Source: Candidatus Latescibacterota bacterium | GTDB lineage: Bacteria; Latescibacterota; UBA2968; GCA-2709665 | DNA length: 64,000 nucleotides | NCBI GenBank assembly: GCA_965237675.1 | Contig: OZ250150.1 | Span: forward strand, 96,001 to 160,000 | Direction: 5' to 3' | Shown: positions 61,713 to 64,000 of the stretch, one piece after another | Numbering within the stretch: position 1 is the first letter of the stretch | Layout of the letters: the number at the start of each line of letters is the position of its first letter | The notes under the pieces: model-generated | What the model was told of the DNA's origin: nothing | Database searches by the model: none | What the model saw: only the letters and a program-made list of their open reading frames with translations | Made by a program: the position numbers and the translations under genes

Positions 61713-63035
61713 ATGAAACGGGCATTAATCAACCTGCCATCGGTCGCCGTATGGAAGGTGCTGCTCTGGTGCAACCTGCTCTCGTTTCTGTCGCCAGTTA
61801 CCGATGCGGCGGGTAACGCGCCGGAGACCGTTTCCAGCCAATTGGTCACATCCGTCGTCGTTTTAGACGTCGAAAGAAAAGACGGTTCCCGGATCCGGGG
61901 CCTGGGCTTTCTCGCCATCGACAGCCGTATTGCGGTTACAACCTGGGATCTCGTCGAAGACGCAATCCGGGTTGTCGCCAGATTCGAAACGGGTGAGGCG
62001 TTCGGGGTTTCGGGCCTGATCGACAAAGACGAAAAACGAAACGTGGCGCTGGTCCGAATCAAGGTCTTTGGCAGGCCGCTACTTGAACTGGCCGCCCGGG
62101 AACCGGTCGACGTGGAGAAGACCTACGTTGTCGGAGCGGCCGAAGGGGAGGCATTCAAGTTCGTCGACGGCCGGATGAATCCGGTCGAAATTGTCGACGG
62201 AGTGCGCGTCTATCCCCTGGGCGCCGCCGTTTCCGCAGGAAGCGGCGGTGGGCCGCTGGTCGACGAATCCGGTCGCGTCATCGGCATCGTAGCGATTCAA
62301 TCTCGCGGGCAGCGAGTTGCAGGCCTCGCCATCCCTTCGGTGTACGCCCTGGGTCTCGATCACACGTTGCCTACGCAGCCCTGGCAGGAGGCCCGCCCGC
62401 TTCCATCCCGCCCCGAAACGGCAGCGCCCGGACCTGCCGACGCGCCACAAGCCGATCCGAACGCCATTCGGTTTCGCTTCTACCGGGCCGACGAACAGCG
62501 TTTCAGCGATGCCAACCGCAATCTGTGGACGGAGTCCATTCTGTGGTGGACGGACAACATCAAAGAAAAGTGCGGCGGCAACCCGCGCGTCGATACCACG
62601 GAAGACATGGGCGTTGACACGGCGGCAATCCCCTCTTCGAAAGCGCGATTCACAACCCGGACAACGGGCTGGGAATCCTGGGTCCTTGGAAAAGGCCCTT
62701 TGAAGAAATATATCGCCAAAACCGAACGTAACCGGGACTTTCACATCGGCGTTTTTCAGGAAGTCAGGCACAAGCCCTCGCCAGAGGAGAAATCGCACGC
62801 GGTCGTGGGGGTTCACGCCCCTCCCAACGTCCTGGCGATTTATTTCAAAGCCACCCGGATCAGGGAAGTCGAACGCGTTCACTTCATCGGCTACCTATTC
62901 GGCCTTGACGGCGGCGTCGGCGGGGTCATGTCCTCAAGGTATCCCCGCGGCCCCGGATCCCCTCCCGCCTATGGCAACATAACCGAATGGCCGTCCCACT
63001 GGTGCCAGAAAATCGCCGAACATCTCGATCAATAG
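61713..63035 (+). CDS. Secreted trypsin-like (S1) domain protein with degenerate triad
   Basis: GLGF..VTT, VALVRI, GSGGGPLVD..G.VIGI. Confidence 0.7.
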   Translation: MKRALINLPSVAVWKVLLWCNLLSFLSPVTDAAGNAPETVSSQLVTSVVVLDVERKDGSRIRGLGFLAIDSRIAVTTWDLVEDAIRVVARFETGEAFGVSGLIDKDEKRNVALVRIKVFGRPLLELAAREPVDVEKTYVVGAAEGEAFKFVDGRMNPVEIVDGVRVYPLGAAVSAGSGGGPLVDESGRVIGIVAIQSRGQRVAGLAIPSVYALGLDHTLPTQPWQEARPLPSRPETAAPGPADAPQADPNAIRFRFYRADEQRFSDANRNLWTESILWWTDNIKEKCGGNPRVDTTEDMGVDTAAIPSSKARFTTRTTGWESWVLGKGPLKKYIAKTERNRDFHIGVFQEVRHKPSPEEKSHAVVGVHAPPNVLAIYFKATRIREVERVHFIGYLFGLDGGVGGVMSSRYPRGPGSPPAYGNITEWPSHWCQKIAEHLDQ

Positions 63036-63055
63036 TCCGTTGTCCGAAGAATCGA

Positions 63056-63088
63056 TAAAAGCCCGGCAGGAATTCTGCCGGGCTTTTA
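63056..63088. terminator. Bidirectional intrinsic terminator
   Basis: TAAAAGCCCGGCAG-GAATT-CTGCCGGGCTTTTA between convergent genes. Confidence 0.85.
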
Positions 63089-63146
63089 CTATGTTCTAAA
63101 CAACCATCAGACAGCCGGACAAAAAGCACACGACACCGGTTCGCCG

Positions 63147-64000
63147 TTACGCGCCGGGCCCCGTCATCTTCTCCGGCCGGACCGCCGCATCGAACGCCTC
63201 ACTGCTCATCATCCCGAGCGCCACTGCCGATTCTCGAAGCGTCAGATTCTCGTCGAACGCTTTCTTGGCCACCATTGCCGCGTTGTCGTATCCAATCTGA
63301 GGATTCAGCGCCGTGACGAGCATAAGCGACTGCTCCAGGTGGTTCTGGATTTTTTCCCGGTTCGGTTCAATGCCCACGGCGCAGTGATCGTTGAACGCCT
63401 CGCAGGCATCTGCCAACAACCGGATCGACTGCAGCAGATTGTAAACGATCAGGGGTTTGAACACATTCAATTCGAAATTCCCCGAAGAGCCACCCACCGC
63501 AATCGCCATGTCGTTGCCAATCACCTGCGCGGCCACCATTGTCATTGCCTCACACTGGGTGGGGTTCACCTTGCCCGGCATGATCGAACTTCCCGGTTCG
63601 TTGGCGGGAAGCGTCAGCTCTCCAACGCCACAGCGCGGCCCGGAAGCCAGCCAGCGCGTGTCGTTGGCGATTTTCATCAGTGAGCACGCCAGGGTTTTCA
63701 GAGCGCCGCTGGTTTCCACCATCGCGTCGTGCGCCGCCAGGGACTCGAATTTGTTTCCGGCCGAAACAAACGGATGGCCGGCCAGCTCCGCAATCCGCGC
63801 TGCAGCCCGGTCGGCAAATTCCGGATGCGTATTCAGCCCGGTACCAACGGCCGTGCCGCCGAGAGCGAGCTCGTTGAGATTCGACAGGCATCGCTCAACG
63901 CGCTCCAGGCCCTTCGTCAACTGAGTCACGTATCCCGAGAACTCCTGGCTGAGCGTCAGCGGAACGGCGTCCATCAGATGCGTACGTCCGATTTTGATGA
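63147..64000 (-). CDS. fumC: Class II fumarate hydratase (5' part outside window)
   Basis: [32 protein letters not shown]. Confidence 0.95.
   Translation of the reverse strand, partial: IKIGRTHLMDAVPLTLSQEFSGYVTQLTKGLERVERCLSNLNELALGGTAVGTGLNTHPEFADRAAARIAELAGHPFVSAGNKFESLAAHDAMVETSGALKTLACSLMKIANDTRWLASGPRCGVGELTLPANEPGSSIMPGKVNPTQCEAMTMVAAQVIGNDMAIAVGGSSGNFELNVFKPLIVYNLLQSIRLLADACEAFNDHCAVGIEPNREKIQNHLEQSLMLVTALNPQIGYDNAAMVAKKAFDENLTLRESAVALGMMSSEAFDAAVRPEKMTGPGA

Overview
The window has two parts. The first (~0.6-40.2 kb) is a heavily eroded defence island. It holds HEPN/MNT and AbrB toxin-antitoxin genes, an AT-rich HNH gene, and a type I R-M operon (hsdR-hsdS-AlbA/Schlafen ATPase-hsdM) whose hsdM is split by an IS1380-family element. 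It also holds a secreted FN3/cadherin protein, a SIR2-fused catalytically inactive short Argonaute, an OLD-family ATPase-TOPRIM gene, DUF488, and a coupled pair made of a 2571-aa protein with two sacsin-like GHKL ATPase modules and an SNF2 helicase. Many gene remnants, REP-like palindromes and three copies of a conserved hairpin+palindrome+sigma70 promoter module lie between these genes. The second part (~40.3-64 kb) is ordinary: RND efflux, two PhyH dioxygenases, dehydrogenase, M16 peptidase, PLP enzymes, frdABCD and a partial fumC. The best candidate for an undescribed system is the double-GHKL + SNF2 pair. The repeated regulatory module and the remnant-then-intact allele pattern come next. 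All calls are from motifs read by eye; no searches were run.
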